Assembly: GCA_964493085.1 (NCBI GenBank) | Contig: CAZBLV010000013.1 | Span: forward strand, 66,033 to 130,032 | DNA length: 64,000 nt | Source: an uncultured Candidatus Saccharibacteria bacterium | GTDB taxonomy: Bacteria > Patescibacteriota > Minisyncoccia > Minisyncoccales > GWA2-38-27 | Direction: 5' to 3' | In this document: positions 23,979 through 31,893 of the stretch, in pieces | Numbering within the stretch: the first letter of the stretch is position 1 | Layout of the letters: the number at the start of each line of letters is the position of its first letter | Position numbers and translations under genes: made by a program | The notes under the pieces: generated by a model | Database searches by the model: none | What the model was told of the DNA's origin: nothing | What the model saw: the letters and a program-made list of their open reading frames with translations, nothing else

Positions 23979-24830
23979 ATGGAAAAAAACATTATTTATT
24001 CAAATCCAAAAAATTTAAAAGAGAAAGAAAAAAACTTTATTAAAGGAGGGGCGGAAAATCTCCACCTGCTGGCAGATTTTGACAATACTCTTACTCGGGC
24101 TTTTGTTGATGGAGAATATGTTCCTTCTACTATTTGGATACTGTACAACGGAGATTATCTGAAAGGGGATTATAACGCCAAGTCTCAAGCGCTTCACAAA
24201 AAGTATTTTGCCATCGAGACAGATCCGAGTATTCCCAAGAAAGAAAAAATGAAAGCCATGAAAGAGTGGTGGGAGAAGCAATTTGCTTTGCTGATAGAAT
24301 CCGGACTTAATAAAAAAGACATTCGGCATATTGTGGAATCCGGGAAAACAAAGCTTAGAGAGGGAGCAGCTTCTTTAATATTGAAATTAAAAGAAAACAA
24401 CATACCCTTAGTGATAATGTCTTCCAGCGGGCTGGGAGGGGACGCCATTTCTATGTTTCTGGAAAAACAAGGCCTGCTTGAAGACAACATCTATATTATT
24501 TCCAATTCTTTTGATTGGGACAAGGAAGGAAATGCTGTTTCCGTAAAAGAACCCATTATCCACGGTATGAAAAAATATGAAACAGCAGTCCAGGATTATC
24601 CTTTTTTCAGCAGAATAGAGAAAAGAAAAAATGTTTTGCTAATGGGGGACAACATAGACGACGTGGGCATGATTGAAGGCTTTGATTTTGATAACTTAAT
24701 AAAGGTGGGGTTTTTAAACAAAGATCCAGACAAGCAGAAAGAGGGTTATTATAAGGAAAATTATGATGTGGTTGTTTTAAACGATGGCTCGGTTGGCTAT
24801 ATTAATAATCTAATAGATAAAATAATATGA
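23979..24830 (+). CDS. HAD-superfamily pyrimidine 5'-nucleotidase, cN-III/UMPH-1-like
   Basis: HAD motif I is DFDNTLT, motif II is VIMSSSG, and motif IV is MGDNIDDVGM, with a large cap insertion as in cytosolic 5'-nucleotidase III. Start 23979 (MEKNIIY) is preferred to 23925. Confidence 0.7.
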   Translation: MEKNIIYSNPKNLKEKEKNFIKGGAENLHLLADFDNTLTRAFVDGEYVPSTIWILYNGDYLKGDYNAKSQALHKKYFAIETDPSIPKKEKMKAMKEWWEKQFALLIESGLNKKDIRHIVESGKTKLREGAASLILKLKENNIPLVIMSSSGLGGDAISMFLEKQGLLEDNIYIISNSFDWDKEGNAVSVKEPIIHGMKKYETAVQDYPFFSRIEKRKNVLLMGDNIDDVGMIEGFDFDNLIKVGFLNKDPDKQKEGYYKENYDVVVLNDGSVGYINNLIDKII

Positions 24831-25288
24831 AAATAAACTATATTGTTATTCCCCTTATTGTCTTGGCTGTAGCTATTATTGGCGGCTTTTTTACCAGCCA
24901 GGGCATGGATTGGTACGAAACAATCAATATTCCCGACTGGACGCCCTCCGGAAGCGTTATAAGTTCGGCCTGGACTATAATCTTTATTCTTTCTGCTATT
25001 TCCGTTATTCTTGTCTGGAATAAGGGCAGGAGAAACGGGTATTTTTGGCTAACAATGGCGGTTTTTGTTATAAACGGATTTCTAAACGTTTTTTGGAGCT
25101 ATCTTTTCTTTCATAACGGATTAATAGGAGCTGCTGCCTGGGAAGCAGGGCTTTTAGGGTTTACGGTTCTGATTTTAATTATTTCCAACTGGCGAATTTC
25201 TAAAATAGCCTCCCTGCTTCTGGCTCCCTATTTATTATGGGTGGGTTTTGCTGTCTGGCTTAATTATATTATTTTTACCTTGAACTAA
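24827..25288 (+). CDS. tspO: TspO/MBR tryptophan-rich sensory protein
   Basis: 153 aa with 5 TM helices, WYETINIPDWTP, NVFWSYLFF and LLAPYLLWVGFAVWLNY. It shares an ATGA overlap with the nucleotidase. Confidence 0.85.
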   Translation: MKINYIVIPLIVLAVAIIGGFFTSQGMDWYETINIPDWTPSGSVISSAWTIIFILSAISVILVWNKGRRNGYFWLTMAVFVINGFLNVFWSYLFFHNGLIGAAAWEAGLLGFTVLILIISNWRISKIASLLLAPYLLWVGFAVWLNYIIFTLN

Positions 25289-25358
25289 AATCTCTTTACA
25301 AAAAAATAATTTTTTGTAATATATCATTATTGAACCCTAAAAAAACAAAGGAGAAAAA

Positions 25359-25769
25359 ATGGAAGGTAAAAACGGAACGGCCTTTCTGCTTGCTTCTCAT
25401 GAATGGACCCCTGAAAGAAATTTCAATGGAGCAAGGGTGGTAAGGACTAGGATCGGAAAAAATCATTTTAGCATTCTGATGATCAGGGGAGCGGAGGCTT
25501 TTTTTCTTGAAGACGGCCAGGTCATGATGAAACTGCCTCTTCTTAGATCTTTTTCTGCGGCATTTTCTCCCAGAAGCGTTCTTCAAATACGAACCTTAGA
25601 AGGGAAACTAATAGAGAACAATCCTCTCTTTTGCAGAAAATGCTTTCAGAATACCGGGGTGGTCGTCGAAAAGCCGGGGATAAATCCTTTTGGCGGCACC
25701 ATTAGGATTTTGCATTGCTCTGCCTGCAATAATAAGTGGAAAGTTTCCGGAAACGCTTTTAGGTGTTAA
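25359..25769 (+). CDS. Hypothetical protein with C-terminal zinc ribbon
   Basis: 136 aa, with the SD AAAGGAG 8 nt upstream, CRKC...CSAC near the C-terminus, and its own terminator. Confidence 0.6.
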   Translation: MEGKNGTAFLLASHEWTPERNFNGARVVRTRIGKNHFSILMIRGAEAFFLEDGQVMMKLPLLRSFSAAFSPRSVLQIRTLEGKLIENNPLFCRKCFQNTGVVVEKPGINPFGGTIRILHCSACNNKWKVSGNAFRC

Positions 25770-25776
25770 ATTAATC

Positions 25777-25803
25777 GCGGACTCTGAAGAGTCCGCTTTT
25801 TTA
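25777..25803 (+). terminator. Rho-independent terminator
   Basis: Stem GCGGACTC/GAGTCCGC with loop TGAA, followed by TTTTTT. Confidence 0.75.
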
Positions 25804-25816
25804 TTTCTCTTTATTT

Positions 25817-25825
25817 TGATAGGAT
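25817..25825 (+). promoter_or_regulatory. Extended -10 (TGaTAGGAT) 8 nt upstream of ATG 25834
   Basis: TAGGAT at 25820-25 and ATG at 25834. Confidence 0.4.
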
Positions 25826-25833
25826 TAGACAAT

Positions 25834-28743
25834 ATGATGGTCGATTTAAGGAAACTTAACAAAGAGCAAAAAAAGGCAGTGACCCATTCCGGGGGGCCGC
25901 TTTTAATCGTGGCCGGGGCAGGAACCGGAAAAACAACAGTAATAACCCAGAGAATAGCCTATCTGATAGATCAGGGCAAGGCAAAACCCGAGGAGATCTT
26001 GGGAGTGACTTTTACCGACAAGGCGGCAGAAGAAATGGAAGAAAGGGTGGACTGGCTTCTTCCTGCAGGATATATGGATTTGTGGATCTCAACCTTTCAT
26101 TCTTTTTGCGAGAGAATCTTACGTGACCATGCTTTGGATATCGGGATACCTTCCGATTTTAAGCTGCTCGACCAGACGGGTTCCTGGCTTTTAATAAGGC
26201 AAAATCTGGAAGAATTTGATTTGGATTATTACAAACCTTTGGGCAATCCCGCTAAGTTTATACATGCTTTAATTTCTCATTTTTCCCGCTGCAAAGACCA
26301 AGCCATTTATCCTGAAGAATATTTATGCTATGCGGAAAACTTGAAAAGCAGTCTGACAGATCTTCCGGAAGACAAGGAGGGGGAGAGAATCAAAGAAATA
26401 GCCAATGCCTTTCATGCTTATCAAAGTCTTCTCTTAAAAGAGGGCTACTTGGACTTCGGAGATCTTATAAATTATACCCTAAAGCTTTTTCAAAAAAGGC
26501 CTCAAATATTAAGGAAATTTCAGAATAAATTCAAATATATTTTAGTTGACGAATTTCAAGATACCAACAGAGCCCAATACGAGCTGATAAAAATATTAAC
26601 CAAGGCCCCTTACGAAGTAACGGTTTGCGCAGACGACGATCAGGCAATATACAGGTGGCGGGGGGCTTCTTATAACAATATAATTCAGTTTAGGGAAGAT
26701 TTTTCTGAGCTGGCAGAGGTTTTTTTGGTTAGAAATTACCGGTCGGGCCAGAAAATTTTAGACCTGTCCTACCAGTTTATTAGAAACAATGATCCTAATC
26801 GCTTGGAGTGCATAAGCAAGATAAATAAAAAACTGATAGCTCCGCCGAGAAAGAAAGGAGAAATAGAATACCTTAGATTTAAAGGCGTAGACGAAGAATC
26901 AAAAGGAGTTGCCAATAAGATAGTAGAAATAATGGAAAGAGATCCAGGGGCCAGTCTTAACGACTTCGCTGTTTTAGTAAGAGCCAATAATTCTGCCAGG
27001 CCTTTTGTCAGGGCCCTGGAGAGAGCCAGAATACCTTATCAGTTCTTGGCTTCTAGGGGGCTTTATTCCAAGGCCGTAATTTTGGATATAATTTCTTATC
27101 TTAGGGTTTTGGAAAATCATCACGAAAACTCCGCCGCCTATCGCGTAATAAAATTTCCTTTTCTAAAAATAGGAGCCGAGGGAGCGATGAAAATCAGTCT
27201 TTACGCCAGAAAAGAAGTTAAATCTATCTATGAAGCCCTGCAAGAAGCAGCTTTAATTCCCGGCCTTTCGGAAGAAGCCGTAAAAGGGGCTAATTCTCTG
27301 GTCGGACTCATTGAAAAACATGCTGCCATGGCCGCTGAAAGAAATGTTTCCGAAATTCTAATTTCCTTTTTGCAGGACTCTGGATATTTAAAATATCTCA
27401 CTTCCGGGAAACAAAAAGAAAAACTAGAACTGGTTAATCAATTTTACAAGAGGATAAAAAGGTTTGAGGAAAACTTTATAGACGCTACTTTGCCCAATTT
27501 TATAGAACAGATAAATCTAGAAATAGAATCAGGAGAAGAGGGAAAGTTGGACTTTGACGTAGAAGAGGGCCCAGAAATGGTAAAAATAATGACCGTGCAT
27601 TCAGCTAAGGGCCTGGAATTTAAATATGTATTTATTGTCGGGCTGGTAGACAGGAGATTTCCTACCACAGAAAGAAAAGAGCCCATTGAGATTCCAGAAG
27701 ACCTGGAAAAAGAAAGGGCTCCGGAGGGAGACTTTCATTTAGAAGAAGAAAGACGGCTTTTCTATGTGGCAATGACCCGGGCGAAAGAAAAAATATTTTT
27801 TACTTCGGCAGAAGATTACGGCGGCGTAAAAAGAAAAAAGGCCTCAAGGTTTTTAATAGAAATGGGCTTAGCTGACAAGGAAGAAGAGAAGGAGAAAGAA
27901 AAGCAAATTATAACGAGAAGAAATAATCAAAGAAAGAGAAGACCAAAAGAAAAGGCTGTTCTTCCTTCTTATTTCTCATTCTCCCAGCTGGCCGCCTTTG
28001 AAAAATGCCCTCTTCAGTATAAGTTTGCCCATATTTTAAGGATTCCCGTAAGAGGAAAGGCAGTCTTCTCTTTTGGAAAAACAATTCACAATACTTTGCA
28101 TGAATTTGTTAGGCTTTCAGAAAGCAAGAGCGGAGATTCTCAGACCCAGCTCTTTTCTTCAAAAATCAAAAGCCAGAACAATTCCTTTAAGGACTTAATG
28201 GAGATTTACAAAAAACAATGGATAGGGGAGTGGTACGAGAGCAAATCCCAGAGGGAGGCTTATTTCAAAAACGGGAAAAAATTGCTTGAACAATTCTATC
28301 AAAGGCTTATTAAAGAAAAACCCGAAATATTAAAAGTAAACGGAAACCTTGCTCTAGAAATTCCTTTTAAAATAAAAATAGGGGAAGACATTTTAAAAGG
28401 AGTAATCGACAGAATAGACAAGGCGGGCAGGGGAGCCAGGATTGTAGACTATAAAACGGGAAAACCCAAAGAAAAGGTTTCTCCTGAAGAAAAAAAGCAA
28501 CTGTTTATTTACCAGCTAGGAGCAGAAGAGGCCCTTGGCCTCCAGCCCACCGAGCTTAGCTATTATTACTTAGAGGGAGATAATTATGTTTCTTTTTCTC
28601 CTCAAATAAGCGAAAAGAGGAAGATGCGAGATGAAATATCTAAAAAGATTCAAAAGATTAAAAACAGCGATTTTTCGCCTACGCCAGGTTGGCAATGCAA
28701 GACTTGCGACTTTAAAGATATTTGCGACTATGCCAGAAAATAG
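25834..28743 (+). CDS. UvrD/PcrA-type helicase fused to C-terminal Cas4-like PD-(D/E)XK nuclease
   Basis: About 969 aa. Walker A is AGAGTGKTT, with DEFQDT and VHSAKGLEF. The C-terminus carries CPLQYKF, DRID...IVDYKTGK, QLFIYQL and CKTCDFKDIC. The track start 25690 runs through the upstream terminator. Confidence 0.9.
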   Translation: MMVDLRKLNKEQKKAVTHSGGPLLIVAGAGTGKTTVITQRIAYLIDQGKAKPEEILGVTFTDKAAEEMEERVDWLLPAGYMDLWISTFHSFCERILRDHALDIGIPSDFKLLDQTGSWLLIRQNLEEFDLDYYKPLGNPAKFIHALISHFSRCKDQAIYPEEYLCYAENLKSSLTDLPEDKEGERIKEIANAFHAYQSLLLKEGYLDFGDLINYTLKLFQKRPQILRKFQNKFKYILVDEFQDTNRAQYELIKILTKAPYEVTVCADDDQAIYRWRGASYNNIIQFREDFSELAEVFLVRNYRSGQKILDLSYQFIRNNDPNRLECISKINKKLIAPPRKKGEIEYLRFKGVDEESKGVANKIVEIMERDPGASLNDFAVLVRANNSARPFVRALERARIPYQFLASRGLYSKAVILDIISYLRVLENHHENSAAYRVIKFPFLKIGAEGAMKISLYARKEVKSIYEALQEAALIPGLSEEAVKGANSLVGLIEKHAAMAAERNVSEILISFLQDSGYLKYLTSGKQKEKLELVNQFYKRIKRFEENFIDATLPNFIEQINLEIESGEEGKLDFDVEEGPEMVKIMTVHSAKGLEFKYVFIVGLVDRRFPTTERKEPIEIPEDLEKERAPEGDFHLEEERRLFYVAMTRAKEKIFFTSAEDYGGVKRKKASRFLIEMGLADKEEEKEKEKQIITRRNNQRKRRPKEKAVLPSYFSFSQLAAFEKCPLQYKFAHILRIPVRGKAVFSFGKTIHNTLHEFVRLSESKSGDSQTQLFSSKIKSQNNSFKDLMEIYKKQWIGEWYESKSQREAYFKNGKKLLEQFYQRLIKEKPEILKVNGNLALEIPFKIKIGEDILKGVIDRIDKAGRGARIVDYKTGKPKEKVSPEEKKQLFIYQLGAEEALGLQPTELSYYYLEGDNYVSFSPQISEKRKMRDEISKKIQKIKNSDFSPTPGWQCKTCDFKDICDYARK

Positions 28744-28839
28744 TTTTCCACTTTGATTAGCTTACTTTAGTTGCTAAAATTGAATGAACAGGTTTTATTA
28801 AAAAGGTCGCCCCTTTTTTAATTGTTGCTTAATAAATAT

Positions 28840-29085
28840 ATGGAAAATAAAAAACTGTTATATGTTGTCTTGATAATAGCGATCGTGGCCTTGGCGCTTG
28901 GGATTTTTGCAACCTATTACGCAGTCAAAACTAATCAGCAGATATCAGCCATTAAGGTGTCGGTTGATGAAATGCAGGAAACCACAGACGCTTTCGAGCC
29001 TTTGATGCCGCAAATAGAAGGACTGAAAACATTGCTTCCGAGAATAAAAACCTTTTTATTGGGAGTTCCTCCAGAAAACCTATAA
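28840..29085 (+). CDS. Hypothetical small membrane-anchored protein
   Basis: 81 aa from MENKKLLYVV, with one TM helix (LLYVVLIIAIVALALGIFATYYAV). Confidence 0.45.
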   Translation: MENKKLLYVVLIIAIVALALGIFATYYAVKTNQQISAIKVSVDEMQETTDAFEPLMPQIEGLKTLLPRIKTFLLGVPPENL

Positions 29086-29097
29086 AGCACAAAAGAG

Positions 29098-29124
29098 AAT
29101 GCGGTCCCACGGGCCGCATTTTTC
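29098..29124. terminator. Bidirectional terminator (convergent small gene / efp)
   Basis: Stem AATGCGG/CCGCATT with an inner CC/GG extension, flanked by an A-run upstream and a T-run downstream. Confidence 0.65.
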
Positions 29125-29709
29125 TTAAAATTCTTTGCTTTTTTCCACCCTTCTGACATACTCCCTCTTCTCCGTGTTTATTTCAATAATGTCTCCTTGA
29201 TTTACGAACAAGGGGACGCTTATTTCAGCCCCTGTCTCCAGTATTGCATTTTTTGTTCCTCCTTCTGCAGTATTTCCCTTAATTCCAGGAGGAGCGTTTT
29301 TTACTTTCATGACTATTTTTATCGGCAGCTGAACACTAATTATTTTATCATTAAATATCAGGCCCTGAACCTCTTGTCCTTCTTTAAGAAATTCTTTTAT
29401 ATAAGCTACTTGGCCTTCTGTGAAGGAAACTCTTTTGGAGGGGTTTTCTTTTTCAGAAAAGATGTAGTTTCCTCGGTGAGAATAAACAAAAACGAGGCTG
29501 ATTTTGTCTATTTCAGCTTCTTCAAAAGAATCAGAGGGATGAATGGTTTTGGGTATAATATCCCCTGTTTCCAGGTTTTTAATTTTGGCTTGCAACACAG
29601 AATGCCCCCTTGCTTTAAACATAGAAGAGGTTTCTAAAACCTTATAAGGCTTTTTATCAATAATAATGTTTATCCCTTTTTCTATTTCAGAATAAGATAA
29701 TTTACTCAT
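29125..29709 (-). CDS. efp: Elongation factor P
   Basis: 194 aa with a three-domain EF-P pattern. The loop reads FKARGHS, with Arg at position 34 where E. coli has the modified Lys34. Confidence 0.95.
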   Translation of the reverse strand: MSKLSYSEIEKGINIIIDKKPYKVLETSSMFKARGHSVLQAKIKNLETGDIIPKTIHPSDSFEEAEIDKISLVFVYSHRGNYIFSEKENPSKRVSFTEGQVAYIKEFLKEGQEVQGLIFNDKIISVQLPIKIVMKVKNAPPGIKGNTAEGGTKNAILETGAEISVPLFVNQGDIIEINTEKREYVRRVEKSKEF

Positions 29710-30653
29710 TTCAAGATAGTATTTTTGATGTCCGGATTCCCTTTAAGAAAATCTGAAGAACTCATGGCGGGTTTTCCTTCAGCTTGCATTCTTTCTATGA
29801 GAAGCGGCTTGTCCTGGCACTGGACAAGAAGACCGTTTTCCCCTTCTTTCGTTTGGCCTGGCTGCGATTCGATGTTTTTTTCTTCTACCCTGGATGATAG
29901 AATCTTCAGCCTTATTTTTTTATCTGATTTCGACCAGAAAGTAAAGGCTCCGGGCCAAGGGCGGAAAGCCCTTACTTTCCTTTCTATTTCCTCTGCCTTT
30001 TTTGACCAGTCTATTCTTCCGTCCTCTTTTCTTAAGGGCGGAGCATAAGAAGACTTTTCTTCTGTTTGTTTTTTGGCTTTGATTTCGCCTTTTATCCATT
30101 TAGGAATAGTTTTAACCAAAAGGTCAGATCCTAATTTGGCCAGTTTTTTTTCAAGAGAAAGATAGTCGTCATTTGAAGATATTTTTATTTCTTTTTGAGA
30201 TATTATTTTTCCTTGGTCGATTTTTTCTGCCATTAAAAAAATAGTAACCCCTGTTTTTTTGTCTCCTTTTAAAATAGCTGTCTGGATAGGGGAGCACCCC
30301 CGGTATTTAGGCAGAAGAGAGGGATGAACATTTAGGCAGCCAAAAACAGGAATTTTTAATATCTCCTTTGACAATATCTGTCCGCAGGATGCAGATATCA
30401 AAAGATCTGGCGCCGTCTTTTTTAGCTTGGCAAGGATTTCTAGGTTGTCTTTTGTCTGGAGAACAGGTATTTGAAGGCTCTGGGCGGTTTCTTTTACTGG
30501 AGGCGGGGTAATTGCCTGCTTTCTTCCTACTGGCTTATCGGGCGGGGTTATAACAAGACCGGGTTTGTATTCTTTAGACAGATTTTCCAAAATCTCGGCT
30601 CCGAAAAAAGGGGTTCCCATAAAAACTATTTTGAGCTCTTGATAGTTGTGCAT
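29706..30653 (-). CDS. fmt: Methionyl-tRNA formyltransferase
   Basis: 315 aa with KIVFMGTPFF, NVHPSLLPKYRG and a C-terminal tRNA-binding domain. It overlaps efp by 4 nt. Confidence 0.95.
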   Translation of the reverse strand: MHNYQELKIVFMGTPFFGAEILENLSKEYKPGLVITPPDKPVGRKQAITPPPVKETAQSLQIPVLQTKDNLEILAKLKKTAPDLLISASCGQILSKEILKIPVFGCLNVHPSLLPKYRGCSPIQTAILKGDKKTGVTIFLMAEKIDQGKIISQKEIKISSNDDYLSLEKKLAKLGSDLLVKTIPKWIKGEIKAKKQTEEKSSYAPPLRKEDGRIDWSKKAEEIERKVRAFRPWPGAFTFWSKSDKKIRLKILSSRVEEKNIESQPGQTKEGENGLLVQCQDKPLLIERMQAEGKPAMSSSDFLKGNPDIKNTILK

Positions 30654-30662
30654 TTTATGTTA

Positions 30663-30671
30663 TGGTATAAT
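30663..30671 (+). promoter_or_regulatory. Extended -10 (TGgTATAAT)
   Basis: TATAAT at 30666-71, 28 nt upstream of ATG 30700, which has the SD GAAAGGAAGG. Confidence 0.45.
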
Positions 30672-30699
30672 CAGTTCCCTAAAAAAGAAAGGAAGGCAG

Positions 30700-30843
30700 A
30701 TGAATCATCAAGACGTGGAGAATATACGCAGAAACGCAAGGGCAAGCTTCGCAATAGGGGTAATACTTATTGCTTTGTTCCTTTTTGCTTTTCTGGCCTC
30801 TGTGCTTTATGCTCTCGTTGCTATTATTCTTTACCTTTTCTGA
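30700..30843 (+). CDS. Hypothetical small membrane protein (47 aa)
   Basis: MNHQDVENIRRNARASFAIGVILIALFLFAFLASVLYALVAIILYLF. The SD GGAAGG lies upstream. The longer track ORF start 30646 overlaps fmt. Confidence 0.45.
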   Translation: MNHQDVENIRRNARASFAIGVILIALFLFAFLASVLYALVAIILYLF

Positions 30844-30850
30844 AAAATAC

Positions 30851-30880
30851 AGCTCTGTGCCAAACACGGAGCTTTTTATT
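30851..30880. terminator. Bidirectional terminator
   Basis: 9-bp stem AGCTCTGTG/CACGGAGCT (one G-U) with loop CCAAA, followed by a T-run. It sits between convergent genes. Confidence 0.65.
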
Positions 30881-31652
30881 TTTCAATTCTCCATTCGACA
30901 TCTTCTTCTTTGCCGTTGAATTCCAGCCACTCTCCGGTTTCATCGACGACAAACCATTTTTGTTTTGACCTGGACCAAACCAAAGGCTTGTTTAAATAAA
31001 ATGGTTTTTTAACTATTTCTTTCGGCTTTAACCTGTCCAATTCCAACCATTTTTTAAAAACGGTTTCAACGGCATAATCAAGATTTCTTGATTTTGCCCA
31101 TTCGGCTACTTTATCTATGGCCCTTTTGGCCTTGTCAACGGAGCCGGCCAGCTCCAGGAGCTGCTTGGCGGGCTTTGTGTATCTTGAATAGATGATCTTT
31201 CTTTTTCTGGCGCTATTTTTCAGTTCCTCAAGAGTAAGCCCCTTGGTTTGGAAATAGTGGGTTACTACCTGCCTGACAGCAGTTTCTTCTTTCAACTCTT
31301 GATGATATTTTATTTTTCCTGTTTTCAGGTATTCTTGTATTTTTTCTGCTATGCTTCTGCCGACTCCTTGTATTTTTTCCAGCCCTGCGACGCCTTCTTC
31401 CTTGCATATTTCAGATACCTCTTTTTCAAGACCCTCTAGCGCTCTTGCTGCTTTTTGGTAAGCCCTGGGCTTGAATTTCACCCCTTTAATGGTTAAATAT
31501 TCTTCTATCTCGTAAAATATTTTTGCCAGTTTTTTGTTATCTTTTTCCATGGATTGCTTTCTTAATTCTTTCTGCTTCTTGACAGACTGCTTCTCCTTCA
31601 TAATCTCCGCTGTGAGCGGAGCTTCCTCGGTAAACGGGTCTTTTTTGGTCAA
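30876..31652 (-). CDS. PolX N-terminal (8-kDa/HhH) domain protein with uncharacterised C-terminal half
   Basis: LAKIFYEIEEYLTIKGVKFKPRAYQKAARALEGL...LEKIQGVGRSIAEKIQEYLKTGK matches the PolX lyase/HhH domain. No palm, thumb or PHP domain is present. The start may be ATG 31550, a 14-nt overlap with the upstream gene. Confidence 0.65.
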   Translation of the reverse strand: MTKKDPFTEEAPLTAEIMKEKQSVKKQKELRKQSMEKDNKKLAKIFYEIEEYLTIKGVKFKPRAYQKAARALEGLEKEVSEICKEEGVAGLEKIQGVGRSIAEKIQEYLKTGKIKYHQELKEETAVRQVVTHYFQTKGLTLEELKNSARKRKIIYSRYTKPAKQLLELAGSVDKAKRAIDKVAEWAKSRNLDYAVETVFKKWLELDRLKPKEIVKKPFYLNKPLVWSRSKQKWFVVDETGEWLEFNGKEEDVEWRIEK

Positions 31653-31827
31653 GATGAAGGCTTATGGCGCCTTCTTTATAGTAAATATGGAATCTTGGGA
31701 AGCCAGAGCGGTCAAGCGGCCTTATAAAAGAGACCTGATCTCCTTCTTTTCTCTGCATTCTGTACCCCAGCTGCCTCATTAGGTTATAGATATTGTCCTT
31801 TAGGATTTTTTCTACAGATATCTTCAT
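31537..31827 (-). CDS. Hypothetical 96-aa protein
   Basis: The ORF has TAAAAT (31839-31834) 6 nt upstream of the ATG. I can name no family for the conserved-looking core FIRPLDRSGFPRFHIYYKEGAISLHLD. Confidence 0.55.
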   Translation of the reverse strand: MKISVEKILKDNIYNLMRQLGYRMQRKEGDQVSFIRPLDRSGFPRFHIYYKEGAISLHLDQKRPVYRGSSAHSGDYEGEAVCQEAERIKKAIHGKR

Positions 31828-31833
31828 TGTTTA

Positions 31834-31839
31834 ATTTTA
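31834..31839 (-). promoter_or_regulatory. -10 hexamer TAAAAT 6 nt upstream of ATG 31827
   Basis: The minus strand reads TAAAAT-TAAACA-ATG. Confidence 0.4.
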
Positions 31840-31860
31840 CTTCTTTAATTGTTGTTTCGC

Positions 31861-31889
31861 AAATAAAAAAGCCCGAATTGATTCGGGCT
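31861..31889 (-). terminator. Rho-independent terminator of the 31894..32520 gene
   Basis: Stem AGCCCGAA/TTCGGGCT (31870-31889), with a T-run on the minus strand (the complement of the A-run at 31865-31870). Confidence 0.7.
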
Positions 31890-31893
31890 TTGT

